Below are positions 1-11,800 of a stretch of DNA of 64,000 bases, in pieces; the first letter of the stretch is position 1, and each line of letters begins with the position of its first letter. The DNA is taken from positions 10,292,001 through 10,356,000 of the forward strand of contig JBHGNT010000005.1 of NCBI GenBank assembly GCA_043228905.1, in the 5' to 3' direction. This DNA comes from Azolla caroliniana (lineage: Eukaryota > Plantae > Polypodiophyta). Under the pieces are notes generated by a model. That model had not been told where the DNA came from. It saw only the letters and a program-made list of their open reading frames with translations, and made no database searches. The position numbers and the translations under genes are program-made.

Positions 1-2830
1 CGGCACCAAATGTTCTCGTACAGGAATTTTGCTGTGGATGACGCGGTGTTGTCTCTCAAGGCCTTAGCCTCCACCCATTTAGTGCAATAATCTGTTGCCA
101 CGATGACATAACGATTACCCGTTCTCATTGCCGGTGGCTTGAACGGTCCGACAAAATCCAACCCCCACTTCTGGAATGGCTCTAGTGGAAGTACCGGTTG
201 GTGTGGCATCCGTGCTTGCTCCGTAGGCTGGCCCATTCGTTGGCATAGGTCACATTCCTTAGCGTACTTGACGGCGTCTTTTAACGTCGTGGGCCACCAT
301 AAGCCGCTCTGCCATACTTTCCTTGCCGTCGCTTCCCCGGCATAGTGTCCTCCGGCAACCCCACAGTGTGCTTCCCGTAAGATTACTTGTTTCTCGTCAC
401 TACGGACTGCCCGTCTCCATATTCCATCTGCTCCTTTGTGGTAGAGAGTGTCCCGTAACAGACAGAAATTGCGGCTCTGCACCGCCAGTCGTTTCCTCTC
501 ATCCCGGTTCATTTCCTCCGGTGGCAGGCCCGTGCTTAGGAACTGGTGCATGTTTGTCAGCCACCTATCTTCTGATGCCACCGTGTCGTCCGCTGCCGTT
601 TCCGGGGTGATACGGAATGACTCTGCGTCCGGGAATTCATCCGATACTCCGTCGCCTGATTCTCCGGACTCTAACCGGCTCAGGTAGTCTGCTACGGCAT
701 GCTGAATACCGGGTCGGTGGAAGATCTTGAATTCGAACTCCTGCAACAACAAGGTCCAACGGGCCAACTTACCGGTCAGGGACGCCTTGGACACTAAGTA
801 CAGCAGCGCCGAGTGATCCACATGAAAGGAGAACTTCCTTCCCAATAGGTAATGACGAAACTTTGTTACACTGTAGATCATGCCCAGGGCCTCCCGTTCC
901 GTAGTCGAATAGTTCTTCTCCGCTTGGGACAGCTTCCGGCTGGCGTAATATACCGGCCGGTACCATTTAGGCTCCGTAAGTTGCATTAAGGCGCTGCCGA
1001 TAGCAATGTCGGAAGCGTCCACGAACACATGAAATTCCTTGCTCCAATCCGGAGGCTGCACGACGGGTGCTTGCGACAAAAGTACCTTCAGGGCATTGTA
1101 TGCCTTATCCTCCGTATCCGTCCATTGGAACAGTGTACGATGTACCGCGGTGTGTAATGGTGTAGCCAAGTCAGCCAAGTGACGGAGCATCCGGCTGTGC
1201 CACCAGATCTGTCCTAAGAATCGGCTTAGTGCTTTGGCCGTTTTCGGCGCCGGTGCCCCTAGTATCGCGTTTACTTTGTCCGGGTCGACCGCAATGCCCT
1301 CCTTACTTACAATGTGTCCCAGTAAGATTCCACTTGAAACCCCAAAGGTGCATTTTGTTGGGTTTAAGCTTAGCCGGTATAACCTACACTTTTCAAGGCA
1401 TAACCGTAGGTGCTGCAAATGGTCTTTTTCCCGGCTATAGACTGCAAAATCATCCAGGAAAACCTGCATGAAGGCTGGAATGTATTCGCCGAAGATCTCC
1501 ATAATGATTCGCTGGAAAGTTGCTGGTGCCGTTTTTAGGCCGAACATCATTACTACGGCCACAAACACCCCCCATTCGGTGACGAACGTTGTTTTCTCCT
1601 GGTCGTCAGGGTGCATCCGGATTTGATTGTATCCGCTGAACCCGTCTAAAAAACTATAAACTTCATGGCCGGCGACGGCATCCAGTACTCCATCCGTGAA
1701 CGGAAGAGGGAATGCATCCGTAATTGTGGCTGCATTTAGTTTCCTGTAATCTACACACACGCGGATTTTACCGTTCTTCTTTGGGACGACGACGATGGGG
1801 CTCAGCCACGTCGCTTTCTTTACCGGCCGGATGAAGCCCACTCTTAGGAGTTTGTCGATTTCCTCCTTCACCTTGGCGGCGTAGTTGGGGTTCATTCGGT
1901 AACGTCTTTGCGCCACTGGTTTCGCGTCCTTGCCTAAGTGGATCTGATGCTGATATAATTGAGGGTCCAGCCCTCGCATGTCTTCGTATGACCAGGCGAA
2001 TACGTCGCGAAACTCCGTGAGAAGTTTGATCATCGCCGCTTTATCTTCCGGCTTCATTTCTTTGGCGATGTGTACCGGCTTTGATTCGTCCTTGCTTCCT
2101 AGGTTCACTTCGTCGAGCTGGGATGTTTTTACCCGTTGGGACACGGCCATCTCCCGTTCCAACGCTTCCTGTGCTTGCCGTAATTCCCGAATCGCATCTT
2201 TGTCTGGTTCGGCTTCGGTTTCGTCCCGCTGCGGCAAGTATGGCGCTACGGCTTCAGCTACGTCAATCTCGAAGAGTGGTACGATCTTCGGGTGTTCCTC
2301 CAAGTACTGGGCTTCTTCGTCGTCTGCCAACCCTTCAAGCATGTTCATGCATTCCGCATACAGCGGTGTGCATTCCTTACCGTTGCTCGTCCGTGGTTGT
2401 GTTGGTACCCGGACCTTGGCTTTTCCGCGCCGGAAGGTAATCATATTTTTCCGCCAATTTTGCTTGATGTGTGCTGTTTTCAACCATGGTCTGCCCAGCA
2501 ACAGTGGGTACGCGCCTTGCGCCTGTAGCTGCAACACTACAGCCGAGATGTGAAATGTGTGACCTCCTATGGTGACTTCCAATTTCCGTATTAAGCCCGT
2601 CGGCCGTATTACGTTCACCCCGGAACCTCCATCGATTACTGTGCCGGGAAGTTCGTGCCCTTTGACAATAGCTGTAATCACCGGACTACTAGTGTCCACC
2701 ACCGTCGGTCCCTCCTCCGGATTCGAGAAGAGGACTGGTGCCGGTGGGGCTATACCGTCTGTCATGACCGTTTTTAGCCCTTCCGTAAATCGCGGCACGA
2801 GCTGCAAGAGTCTTCCTAATGGCAACGTGA
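1..2830 (-). pseudogene. gypsy pol region (PR-RT-RNase H-IN), truncated by the window edge
   Basis: Conserved motifs read manually on the minus strand. Not in the ORF track because it runs off the edge. Whether the frame is fully open was not checked. Confidence 0.8.
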
Positions 2831-2849
2831 TCTGACATTCTTGCAGTGC

Positions 2850-4628
2850 TTGCCATGTCTCGTTTTCTGCGTGGCTACCGCCGGCACTCCCTATGGTATT
2901 CGGCTTTTGCCATTCCGCGTCCGCGACGTTCCTTTCATTGGCTTCCTTCACCCATTCCGTCGCCTGTTTTCGTATGGCCTCTTGTGTTTCCCACTCTTTG
3001 GCCATGCCTTTCGACCGTGTGGTTACTTGCTGTAAATCCGCCACTTCCGGTACCACCATATTAACTGCTGGTCGTTTATCGTAGCTCTTTGCCGGGCACT
3101 GGTTACTGTAGTGGCCTTCCTGCCTGCAGTAATAGCAGTACTCTTTACGGGTATTGCTGGATTCAGCATTGCTGGTATCCGGAGTCGGTCCCGTAGTGAG
3201 TGGTGCGTTCTGTGCCGGTTGGCTCCTTGGGGTTCCATGTTCCGGGTCCCTAGTGTGACCACCTTTCTTGAAATTACGTTTCTTATTATTCTTATTTTTA
3301 TTTCGGTAGTCCGGTCGTGGTGGATCGTAAAATTGGCCGTAATCCTCCTGGTGCCTTCGGTAACCAAGGGAATGGTCTCTGTCGTATTGCTCGTGTCGTC
3401 TGTTGGTCTCCCGATAACGGTCCGATCGGTCATACCGGTCGTAGTTCTCATGCCGATCCCTGTACCGGCCATCATTCTCTTGTCTGTCTCCGTACCGGAC
3501 ATCCTGTGCCGGTCGGTACCGGTTCATTCTTTGCCAACGATCTTCATCTTCGTCTCGGCTGCTTCTTGGCTCGATCCGTCGGACGGGTGGTGCTTGTCGG
3601 TTTAGCAGGTTATACTCGCACCGGTCCGTTGTATGACTCTTGGATTGACAAATCACACACTGGGTTCGCATGGTGCACTCCACTGCTGAGTGTCCGGCAT
3701 TCAAGCAGATTGTGCATTGAATTGCCTGCCGGAACCGGAGATCTTCATCTGTGGGTAACGCCCGTTGCAGTGCTCCCAGTGTAAGCCATGAGCTTGACTT
3801 TTCCATTTCTCTGACCCGGTCAATGACCTGGTCAATGGTGCTTCCTTGAAAGTCGATCACCGTACACACCGTGCGTAACGGTTCCCGGAGTGCGTTTAAA
3901 AATATCGTCCGTAATTCCTCCTCCGGGGGTGCACGGGCAAGCTAGCTATGCATTCGTTGGAAACGGATGACGAATTGGGGAATGCTTTCCCCTGCCTCCT
4001 GTCGGATCGTATAAAACAGGCCCACCATTGTCGTCTGGTCGACCTCCTTGTGGAAAAAATGCAAGAATTTTGCTTTTAATTCTGCAAAGGTTGTGATGGT
4101 CGCCGGATCCTGCGTCCGCCGCCATCGTGTCGCTGGTCCTTCCAACGTGACCCCGAATTCCGCTATCTTCGAGCGTTCTTCTTCCTCCGGTGTCATTCGC
4201 TGGGACGTGTGATTCGCTTCCCATGTCTGCTCGAAGGCATGAACATGCGCTTCCGCGTCCGGATCATCGCGATACTTTGAGTATTGGAACGGCATGTCGT
4301 CGTCCAGTATTAGGCCGCGGTTTAGTGGCGTTTGTTGATATCTTTCCGGTTCTCTCTCCGGTTCCACTTCCGGTTCTTTTGCCGGCGCTTTTTCCGGTTC
4401 CTCTTCCGGTTCCTTCACCGGCTCTTCTTCCGGTACCTTCGCCGGCTCTTTCGTTGGTGTCGGTGGCTTTGCTTCTTCCACTTCCGGTGTTGGTGGGTTG
4501 ACGGCTTCCGTTTGCGGTTCCGGATAGCCCTGGTCGAACGGTTCCGGTTCTGGAGTCGGCACGGTATCCGACCCGTCGTCCTCCGGACCGCCGGGGGTAT
4601 CGTTGCTGCTCCGGTAGTTCGTGTGCAC
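2850..4628 (-). pseudogene. gypsy gag: Pro/Glu-rich N-terminus, capsid, CCHC knuckle; premature TAG at 3942
   Basis: ORF 3942..4628 (DPDAEAHVHAFEQTW...IRQEAGESIPQFVIRF) is capsid-like. The homology continues past the stop to [14 protein letters not shown]. Confidence 0.85.
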
Positions 4629-4964
4629 GCTGTATCCCCCTTCGGAATCCGATTCGTAAGCTGAAAAGGCTTCTGCCTCGTTTTCTCCGCTTGCCAGCGC
4701 CTCGAGGAGGCGTTCGGTTTCCCGGAGACTACTTAGACTGCTTCCGTCGTCCTGGTCGCGAGTTTGCCGTAACCGAAGAGATTCCTCGGCGACTCTCCGG
4801 ATCTCGTTGGAGAACGAACGATCCGAGCGAATTTCGTGCGCTGCTTGCTGGAAAGTCTCACGCCGTCTTTGCCGTTCGGCGAGGCGTCGAGCTCAGTCTG
4901 TAACCAGGTCGTGCGTTGGTCTCGTCATCCATTAAGCCGTCGTTCGCTGCGAGAAGCAGGAATC

Positions 4965-4974
4965 GTGGTCGCCA
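4965..4974 (-). promoter_or_regulatory. Primer binding site, tRNA-Arg(UCG)-type
   Basis: Minus strand reads TGGCGACCAC, 6 nt after the LTR end (...GAATAACA cagttt). Complementary to the recalled plant tRNA-Arg(UCG) 3' end ...GTGGTCGCCA. Confidence 0.7.
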
Positions 4975-4980
4975 AAACTG

Positions 4981-5399
4981 TGTTATTCTCTGACCGGACA
5001 AGGCCTAACACAAGGTGTCACGGAGACACTTCACCAAAGGGTGATTACGGCATAGGATTAAGATTCAACGATTACACCGACTTACGTAGGTTACACGATT
5101 AGAGTGCTTTGGTTAATTACACGCGTAAGATATAACAGTAATTACAGAACGGAAATCAACACAGAAGTATAAACACCATAAGCTCTATTAATTATCCGCT
5201 GCGATTACAATGGGGTCCGGGCCTTTAAATAGGTTTCCGGTCCGTATTACAAAACGGTGCCTATCGCACCTATTCGGGATCCGTCCGGATCTAGAACGGC
5301 ATACCGTTTCCAGTCCGTCCGTCCACACTATGCTTATTTACAACCATACTTAATTAACTCCTTCACTCCGTATTTTGGACTCCTTGCCGGCCGGTAACA
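4981..5399 (-). repeat. 5' LTR of gypsy A (TGTTACCGG...ATAACA)
   Basis: TGTTA...TAACA termini, adjacent PBS, and colinear similarity to the LTR at 16431-16865. Confidence 0.9.
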
Positions 5400-5423
5400 C
5401 ATACTCCTTGCCGGCCGGTAACA

Positions 5424-7883
5424 CTCCCCCTCAAGCTTGGCAGGTCAGGGATCGTCAATCCGAGACCGGTCATGAATTGCCATAGCTTGTCGGCTCCTAA
5501 GGCTTTAGTGAAGATGTCGGTCATTTGAAGATTGGTGCTAATGTGTTGTAGGTCGACATCGCCAGCCAGAACGCGCTCTCGGATGAAGTGATAGTGCACT
5601 TCGATGTGCTTTGTCCGCGCGTGGAACACCGAGTTCCGAGCCAGATAGATACTACTCATGTTGTCGCAGTAAAGGGAAGTCGGATCCTTGATGGGTACGC
5701 CCAGATCCTTCAAAATCCTCTTGAGCCATACGGCTTCACACGCAGCTACGGCTGCGCCCCTGTATTCCACCTCCGTACTCAAAAGAGCAACGGTGGGCGG
5801 CTTCTTGCTACTCCAGGATATTGCTCCGCTGCCGAGGGAGAAAACAAATCCGGAGGTTGATCTTCTATCAACTTTGTAGCCGGCCCAATCGGCGTCTGTG
5901 TACCCCTCGAGTCGTATTGGCATCGTGGTCTTGTAGAGGATGCCGCAATCCATTGTGCCACTCACGTATCGTAGAACTCGCTTAGTGCAATCCAAGTGAG
6001 TATCACGCGGTGTTTGCATGAATTGGCTAAGGAGACCGACCGGATAACTGAGATCGAGTCGTGTGATCGTGAGGTAGATGAGACTCCCGATGAGTTGCTG
6101 ATACTAAGTCGGCTCACACGCTTTGGTGCCAGAGTTCGCATCTAGTTTGAGATTACGATCAAGCGGGGTTGCCACAGATTTGCACTCAGCCATCCCGAAC
6201 TTGTATAACAAGTTGAGGATGTAGTGCCGTTGAGAGATCATGATTCCGGCCGGAGTCCGAATTACCTCAATGCCGAGGAAGTAGTGGAGCTCCTTCATGT
6301 CCGTCATCTCGAACTTGTCGCAAAGAAGGGATTTGACCTTAGTGATTTCGACGAGATGCTCACCTCCAATGACTAGGTCATCCACATATAAGATGATGAC
6401 GATCGGACTTGCGGAATCGCTTCATATGTAGAGGGAGTTGTCCGATTTTGACATACGGAAGCCGATTTGATGAAGATATTGCGTTATCTTCGAATGCCAA
6501 GCACGCGGTGCTTGCTTGAGGCCGTAGAGTGGCTTCTTGAGTCGGCATACAGCTTTTGGATGAGTGCTCGAGTTGAAGCTGGGTGGTTGGATCATGTACA
6601 CCTCCTCTTCTAATTTGCCTTGTAGAAAGGCGTTCTTGACGTCCATTTGATGGAGGTGCCACCCTTTCGCCGCGGCAATCGCAATTACGGTCCGCACCGT
6701 CGTCATCTTTGCCACCGGGGCAAAGGTCTCTTCGTAGTCGACGCCATGCGTCTGAGCGTATCCTTTCGCTATGAGTCGGGCTTTGTAGCGGTTTACGGAG
6801 CCATCGGCGTTATACTTCACCTTGTAGATCCATCTGCATCCGATCGCCTTTTTGTGTGGTGAGGTGGGAATGAGATCCCACGTCTCGTTCTTCCATAGTG
6901 CCTGCATCTCCTCGTTCATTGCTTCAATCCATCGCGGGTCCTTCGCAGCTTCTGAAAATGTTTCCGGCTCTCGTACTGTCGCTACCTTCATCATAAAGGC
7001 GTAATGGTATGCCATATAATCGTTGTAGCCGAATCAGCTTACAGGGTTCTTTTCACGGGTGGAGCGACGAATCTTTTCATTTGCTGAGATGAGGGCTTTC
7101 TTAGCTCTGATTGGTACATCGAAGCCGCCGAACTCCCTGTCGAGTGAGTGAGTCGACTCATCGTCGTTGAAACGATCATCTGCGTATTCCGCCATTTTCG
7201 CCTTGCCCTTGTCCATCTTCGGGCTAGGCCATGATGTGCTTTGATCGCTCAAAGGCTCTTGTGGTTCGCTCAGTCGGGTACTGATCGGACTCTCTTCGAA
7301 CATGTGCGTAAGGCGATCCTCATCCTCTATCTCTTGTTTGGCAGATTCCTGGTCGAGCGGAGTCGGAGTCAGAGTTGTCTCTAGTGAGTATCCTACGAGC
7401 GGAGTCGGAGTCGGATGTGCACGTACGCTATCACGCCGAATATCCGGATGTGCGATAAGTCCGGCTTCTTTCCGAAGTATTTTTCGTGCGGACTGACCTC
7501 GTGCATGCCGGATGTTGTGCACCGGTTCATTAAGTAGACGGCTGTATTTGCAGCTTCGGCCCAATATGACTTGCGCATATGCTTCTTGTTCATCATGGCC
7601 CGCGCTACTTCGAGGATGTGCCGATTTTTGCGCTCGGCTACTCCGTTTTCTTCCGGAGTGTGTCGGCAAGTGAATTCTCGCCGAATTCCTTCCTTTCGGA
7701 GATACACTGTGAAATCGTCCGAGAAGTACTCCTTGCCGCCATACGATCGAAGGCATCATACATGTCGGCCCGTGGCTTTCTCAACTTCATTCTTGAAATT
7801 TTGGAAGTGTCCGAAAACTTCGCTCTTTTGTCGCATCGGGTAGATCCAAGTGTGCCTAGAAAAGTCATCGATGAAGAGCACGT
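5424..7883 (-). mobile_element. Ty1/copia element B, 3' half (IN-RT-RNase H-PPT), degenerate
   Basis: IN (FIDDFSR, TPEENGVAERKNR), RT ([25 protein letters not shown]) and RH (YTDADWAG, HARTKHIEVHYHFIRE) are split over several frames. PPT GAGGGGGAG at 5432-5424. Cut off at 7883 by a gypsy LTR. Confidence 0.92.
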
Positions 7884-8791
7884 TGTCGTAGTGTAATTCA
7901 CACACTACATGAAAAATTACATTTTTGGTCTCTCCGGAAAGGACATGGAGTACCCGGTGAGAACCGGAAGGAGGAACCGGTAAGGACCGAAACCGGTAAG
8001 GAGACCCGGCAAGAGCCGGATGAAGAAGGCCTGTGAGAGTCGGTGAGAAACGGACGAAGAGATCGGTAAGGAGGTTCCCGTAAGAACCGGATAAAGAAAA
8101 CTAGCACGCACCGGATGAAGCAGAACCGGAAAGAGCCAGATGAAGAAGGCCAGTGAGAGTCTCTCACCGGATAAAGAGACATATTTGTAAATAGAAGAAA
8201 GTATAAAATTATATATTACATGCATAGGGCAAGAATCGAACCTTGCACCTCCATGTTAATAATGTTAAGCCTTATCATTATACTAGTGTATTATGAATTT
8301 TAAAGTTATACTAAACTTTATCCCATGTAAAATTTCTAGACATGCATGGTACAAAAAGTTATTCATGCATAGACACTCGAGTTAGAAGAAAAGATGAGAT
8401 AGAAAGCTAATCATGCACATGCAGTATGCATGAAAACTAAAGATAGGAAAAGCATGATGCTTGCATGTGAAAAACTTAGACTCTTCCAACACTATATAGG
8501 GAAGAGAGAAAGATGTATAGAGGTTGTTGATTATTTTACAAGGATTTTGATCAATCTGATATATTCGTGGGATTCACGATTTTTTTTCCATCTATTTCTC
8601 TCTTACATTCTAAGTATCGATTAATACACTATACTCGTGGGATTCACGAGTTTCATATCTTCTTTCAAATATTTCTCTTTCTTGCAATCGATTCACAAGG
8701 AGCCTTATCTCATATTCTTCTTTCTCCTAGTCCAAAACCTCAGCGGTTCCCACCCGATTCACGCAACGATCCGAAGCCGAAAGGCACGACA
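7884..8791 (+). repeat. 5' LTR (TGTCGTAG...GCACGACA)
   Basis: TGTCGT/ACGACA inverted termini. Start and 3' part are homologous to LTRs 28461-29188 and 31255-31983. Confidence 0.88.
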
Positions 8792-8795
8792 CAAG

Positions 8796-8813
8796 TGGTG
8801 AACCCGACGTGAA
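8796..8813 (+). promoter_or_regulatory. PBS complementary to tRNA-Trp
   Basis: TGGTGAACCCGACGTGAA is the 18-nt complement of the plant tRNA-Trp 3' end TTCACGTCGGGTTCACCA. It lies 4 nt after the LTR. Confidence 0.88.
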
Positions 8814-11800
8814 CACGGGTGGCAAGGAGATGGAAAATCAACCGGAGGCTACCAACATGATGATGATGTTCGAGCGAATGCTTCAAGAACAACGTGCGAT
8901 GTCGGAGATAGCGGCGGTAGTAGAGCGGCTCGTGCAACGGATCGGGCAATTCAACGGAAAGGACGTATCACACTATCTTCGGGACTACAAGGCGGAAATG
9001 CTACGGTGCGGGATTTCGGAAGGACTGCAAGTGGCATCCTTCAACCGGGTGGCTACCGACGGGCTTCAAGCAAGTATCCACGGGCTACGACAACAAAATC
9101 CGACGTGGGAAGCATTTGAAGAGGCGCTAAAGTCCACGTTCGCTATCGAGGACTCCTCCAAGGCAACATGGAGAGGATTTGAGGATTGGGTAGAGACGCC
9201 GGACAAGGGGATGAAGGTCCTCGATGTGTTTTCGGCATTCGAAAGTCGGTTCGGGAGGTTGTCTGCGAGAGATCAATCTATCCTCACACCGAACAAAGTT
9301 GTCATGTTCTTATGAGCTGTAGACGTCCGGGACCGGAAGGAACTTGGAGTGCTTCTAGAGGACACGACTACCGAGAGCGGCCTCACCAAAACATGGGAAA
9401 GCATACGGGATATCGTCGCGCGATACACAAAGAGGGGGCAATGGCTTGTCAACGAAGAAAAGAGGGTTACGGAACCGATTCCGAAACCGAGATCCGGATC
9501 AGAAGACCATCAACCGCGGGTTCGGGAAGCTACGACTGAGAAGGGAATCGATGCAACTACGGTGGAGCAGTTGCTGAAGGAGATGGAGAATCTAAAAATC
9601 GTGATGGTGAAGAAGTCAGATGACCGTCCCACAAGTTCCAAGTATATGGACCGTCGATGCATATGGTGCCATAGCACTGAACATGATCGGAGGGATTGCG
9701 ATGAGCACAAGGAAACGCTACGACAGGATCTTATCTACTACGAGGGAAATCAGATTCATTCGATGGACTCTCGGAGGCCTCTCCGACCGAACTTCTGAAA
9801 AGGTGGCATGAAGAAGGTCCTAGAGGAGGAAATAGCGGCGAAAAACAATTACGCGACAACCGCGGGAATACGTGTCGGGGAGTCATCGGGAGCAAAGGTG
9901 TCTTTTTGGCCGAAAGTGCTAGAAAACACCGAGAAAACCGACTCTAACGAGATCCAAAGCACCGGGAAGGCATCCGGGAAGCTACGGGATGGGAGTGCCC
10001 TATCGATAAGAGTAGCGTGTTTGCTTTATGCCAATTGCATGAAGTGTATGTAGATGAGAAGCGACGGCGCACGGATGAGGCGGTCGGTCCATCGAAGACA
10101 CCGGAAAGCTGGAACTCCGGAGGTAAGGGAAAAGAAAAGATGATTCCCGCATTCAAGCTCGCCTCGGACATCGAACAACAAACGGACTTGAAAAAGGTGT
10201 TCGAGGAGAGAATCCTCGATATCCGGGTAGATTTTTCGCTTCGAGAATTACTCGGAATAGCGAAGAAGGAGTTCCACGATCTTCTTGTGGATCTCGTGAA
10301 GAGAAAAAGGCAAAGTGCGGAGGAGAGCGCTCCAAGGGTGAATGCAAATACCGTTCTAATGAATGACACCGAATTGGAGGACGAAATACCGAATTCTCAC
10401 TACACAAAGCCACACTGGGCACACGCAACTACGGAGACTCCGGTCCGAATCGGTAACATCAAAGAACCTGTGCTAGCATTGATTGATCATGGATCGGAGA
10501 TCAACTTGATGTCCAAGGAATTCTACCAGAAGGGTAAGTGGCCTATTAACACGAATCATGGGTGGAAGATCCGGGCGGCCACTAAAGCAATGGAAGATCT
10601 ATTTGTGGCTTGTCCGGATGTGACGGTGAAGATCGGGGATGTCGAGATCGACCAAAATTTCTTCGTACAAGACGAGGTCTCACACTCCGTGATCCTCGGG
10701 CAACCTTTTATCACGGCATCACGGATGGAGACGAAGGTGCTCGATAGCGGTGCGGCTTTTCCGCGAATTCGGAGCCAAAACGGAGGGAAATCCGTCCAAT
10801 TCCTAACGGTTCCGGCAAATCATGAAAGGAACAAGAGAGAGCTCTTGTCCCAAACAAGAATGGATTTTTAGAGTGGACTATTGCGGAGTGGGGAAGTGAT
10901 AGTCCGAGAAGCCCTGATACCCCACACCGGAAGAAACCTCTCGGTCCAAAACAAGTATGAATCGGTCCGGATGGGGCATCCACGTACACGGCCGTAACCG
11001 GAGGAATGAAGAAAGAATATGGTCGGCATCAATAATAAAAGAAGACGAAGAAATCGTGGGAATAGTCGAAGAGGTGTTCTATGGGAGCACACTACAACGC
11101 CATGAGGAGCTCGCGGAAGATACAAGCCAGGGAAACTGGGTAATTCCGGTGGAATCGGCCGAGATGTACGAGATCATTGTGAAAATGGGGCCGGATGCGC
11201 TCCGCAAAGAAGAAGCAATGGTAAGTACGAAATACAAGACCGTGGAGAAGAAAGTGAAACCAGCCGCAGGACTGTTACCCGAAGATAGCGAACAAAAGAA
11301 GAAAGAAGTCTCGGGGGATCCGACACTTCGGAAGTCCATGGATATCGGACATGTCTTCACAGATGAGACCTGGAAGAAACTTCGGATCAGTGGAGGTGGG
11401 TTCCTATTAAAGAATGAAGAAGAGCGAATCCGTGGGATGCTAGAGCGACATGGGAGAGCATTTGCATTTACATCGAAAGAAATAGGATGCGCTAACCCGA
11501 AGATAGTGGAGCCAATGGTGATCTTCACGATTGACCATGTGCCGTGGAACCTGAAGCCGATTCCGGTGCCACGGGCGCATATTCTGAAAATCATCGACTT
11601 GTTCAAGGAGAAGGTGGCGATGGGGATTCTAGAGCCATCAAATATGCTCTATACTCAAATCGATGGTTTACGATTCCGAAGAAGAATGGGTCACTCCGAT
11701 TTATTCAAGATTTGCAACTGGTAAACAAGGTCACGATCCGGAACTCCGGAGTTGGCCTGATAGTGGACGAATTTGCGGAAGCATTTGCCGGTTGCGCGAT

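Larger units (their letters stand above)
1..5399 (-). mobile_element. Ty3/gypsy LTR retrotransposon A (non-chromovirus, Athila/Tat-like); 5' LTR, PBS, gag, pol; runs off the left edge of the window
   Basis: Minus-strand order is LTR (5399-4981), PBS, gag with CCHC knuckle (~3090-3135), protease (VIDGGSG ~2640), RT ([16 protein letters not shown]), RNase H (FVDASD), integrase ([12 protein letters not shown]). RT-RH-IN order is gypsy. No extra archaeal RNase H is visible between RH and IN. Confidence 0.93.

Noticed and set aside
1978-3784. Plus-strand ORFs over gypsy A
   Set aside because: They are antisense shadows of gag-pol in GC-rich sequence.
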